Made by a program: the position numbers and the translations under genes | In this document: piece by piece, positions 62,783 to 64,000 of the stretch | Layout of the letters: the number at the start of each line of letters is the position of its first letter | Numbering within the stretch: the stretch's first letter is position 1 | The notes under the pieces: generated by a model | The model's database searches: none | What the model saw: the letters and a program-made list of their open reading frames with translations, nothing else | Told to the model about the DNA's origin: nothing | DNA from: Basidiobolus meristosporus CBS 931.73 | Lineage: Eukaryota; Fungi; Basidiobolomycota | Length of the DNA: 64,000 nt | NCBI GenBank assembly: GCA_002104905.1 | Contig: MCFE01000237.1 | Location: 55,707-119,706 of the forward strand | Direction of reading: 5' to 3'

Positions 62783-62794
62783 GTTGGGTTAGGG

Positions 62795-63812
62795 GAGGGA
62801 AAGTCACCAAGGCAGGTGAAATCTTTATTTGAATGCAGACAAGTCTAACTACAAATAAAGAAGCCAGCTGGGAATAGAAGATTCCCAAAGTAAACACTAA
62901 GTTGAATATGAATAAATCTAAGCTAAAGTTAAGGCAGTATCCCAGAGTACACTGGAGTTCAGGTTCATGGGGGAGTGAAGTAGATAAGCTTGAGAGATAT
63001 AATAATCTTTCAAGAAGTGGGTAACAGCAGGTGAAGGGGAGTTTTTGATAAGTGAAGTGAATCTTGAGAGCAGAGATTCCTCTAATGAGAAGGTCTTGTA
63101 AACTGGAGAATCAGGAAACTCTTTAAAGGCATGGTCAGTAGGCTCCCAGTAAAACTGGTCAGAGACATTTTGAGAGAACTCTTTAGCAATACTTTTGTCA
63201 AGTACTACCTCCAGAGTGTGATGGTTGATAAATCTCATGTTAACAATCTTGGATAAATTGTAACCTTGTTGCTTGAGATACATCCTATGCTCAGATATAG
63301 GAATAAACTCCACATTGGCAAAGTAGCAGACAGCCCAGTCAGTAGCAGGAGGCAAATCAGAAGTAGCAGGAAACTTTCTTTTAGTCTTGGGAGGAGCAGC
63401 AGGATTTCTTGAGGAAGCAGGAACAGGCTTTTTGACAGCTTCAGAGTAGGAAGAGTGAGCAGGAGCAGATGAATCTTGGGAAGTCTTGTTGACAGGAACA
63501 GCTGGCAGAGAGACAATAGATTCTTGCAGATCAGAGAAGGCAGAAAACAGCTTTTGAACTTGTTTCTTGAGTAAAGCATTTTCAGCTTCAGCAAGTGCAA
63601 GCCTTTCCTCAAGGAAGGAAATCTGAAGGGAATGGAGTGAAGGCATAAGAAATAAGAAGAAGAGGGTAGGATAGGGTGGGTGGGTGGGAATATTAGCAGG
63701 GAGAAGAGAAGGAAGGAGCAAAAATTCCAGAAGTCAGAATTTATAGATGGATGGACAAGGGTAGATGGATGGATTATTCCTGGGTTAGGAAAATTAGCAG
63801 GGAGAAGAGAAG
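62795..63812 (-). mobile_element. ORF1-only telomeric element, family A copy A3 (one 101-bp monomer); most distal element
   Basis: Shared 3' module, ORF with ATG at 63646, R repeat at 63689-63711 and 63790-63812, directly capped by the telomere. Confidence 0.9.
62918..63646 (-). CDS. ORF1-like protein of element A3, 242 aa
   Basis: Near-identical to 56127-56855. Confidence 0.85.
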   Translation of the reverse strand: MPSLHSLQISFLEERLALAEAENALLKKQVQKLFSAFSDLQESIVSLPAVPVNKTSQDSSAPAHSSYSEAVKKPVPASSRNPAAPPKTKRKFPATSDLPPATDWAVCYFANVEFIPISEHRMYLKQQGYNLSKIVNMRFINHHTLEVVLDKSIAKEFSQNVSDQFYWEPTDHAFKEFPDSPVYKTFSLEESLLSRFTSLIKNSPSPAVTHFLKDYYISQAYLLHSPMNLNSSVLWDTALTLA

Positions 63813-64000
63813 GGTTAGGGTTAGGGTTAGGGTTAGGGTTAGGGTTAGGGTTAGGGTTAGGGTTAGGGTTAGGGTTAGGGTTAGGGTTAGGGTTAGGGTT
63901 AGGGTTAGGGTTAGGGTTAGGGTTAGGGTTAGGGTTAGGGTTAGGGTTAGGGTTAGGGTTAGGGTTAGGGTTAGGGTTAGGGTTAGGGTTAGGGTTAGGG
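63812..64000 (+). repeat. Terminal telomere, GGG plus 31 perfect TTAGGG units to the end of the window
   Basis: Read directly; the G-rich strand runs 5'->3' toward the end. Confidence 0.99.

Overview
This is the right-hand end of a chromosome from an intron-rich fungus. An early-diverging lineage such as Zoopagomycota or Mucoromycota is inferred from gene style and the TTAGGG telomere. Bases 1-47.5 kb are ordinary gene-rich DNA: HAUS1, ABCF2/ARB1, CCDC174-like, HEM2, STK11IP-like, a RanBP2-zinc-finger pseudogene, an HSF factor, ATG7, DusA, MTQ2, a UBX protein, two CFEM-like GPI proteins, HAP2, RPS30, an MFS transporter and an F-box/LRR protein. From 47.6 kb the sequence is subtelomeric: an internalised relic of a telomeric retroelement array, a 155-bp satellite and a broken Ty1/copia element. 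From 53.4 kb to the terminal (TTAGGG)31 tract lies a head-to-tail array of nine retroelements on the minus strand, with 5' ends facing the telomere and only 0-4 TTAGGG units between them. The array holds an autonomous APE-RT LINE whose ORF1 and ORF2 are in frame across one UGA-CUA stop plus hairpin (a readthrough signature), two families of ORF1-only elements reminiscent of HeT-A, and a tRNA-derived SINE. All share a conserved two-hairpin 3' module ending in a C-run, with no poly(A). The ORF1-only elements also carry TATA-containing 101/103-bp 5' monomers and a G-quadruplex motif, and the coding elements are almost free of CpG. The best candidate for an undescribed system is this multi-member telomere-targeted retroelement consortium coexisting with telomerase-type repeats. 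All counts and coordinates were read by eye.
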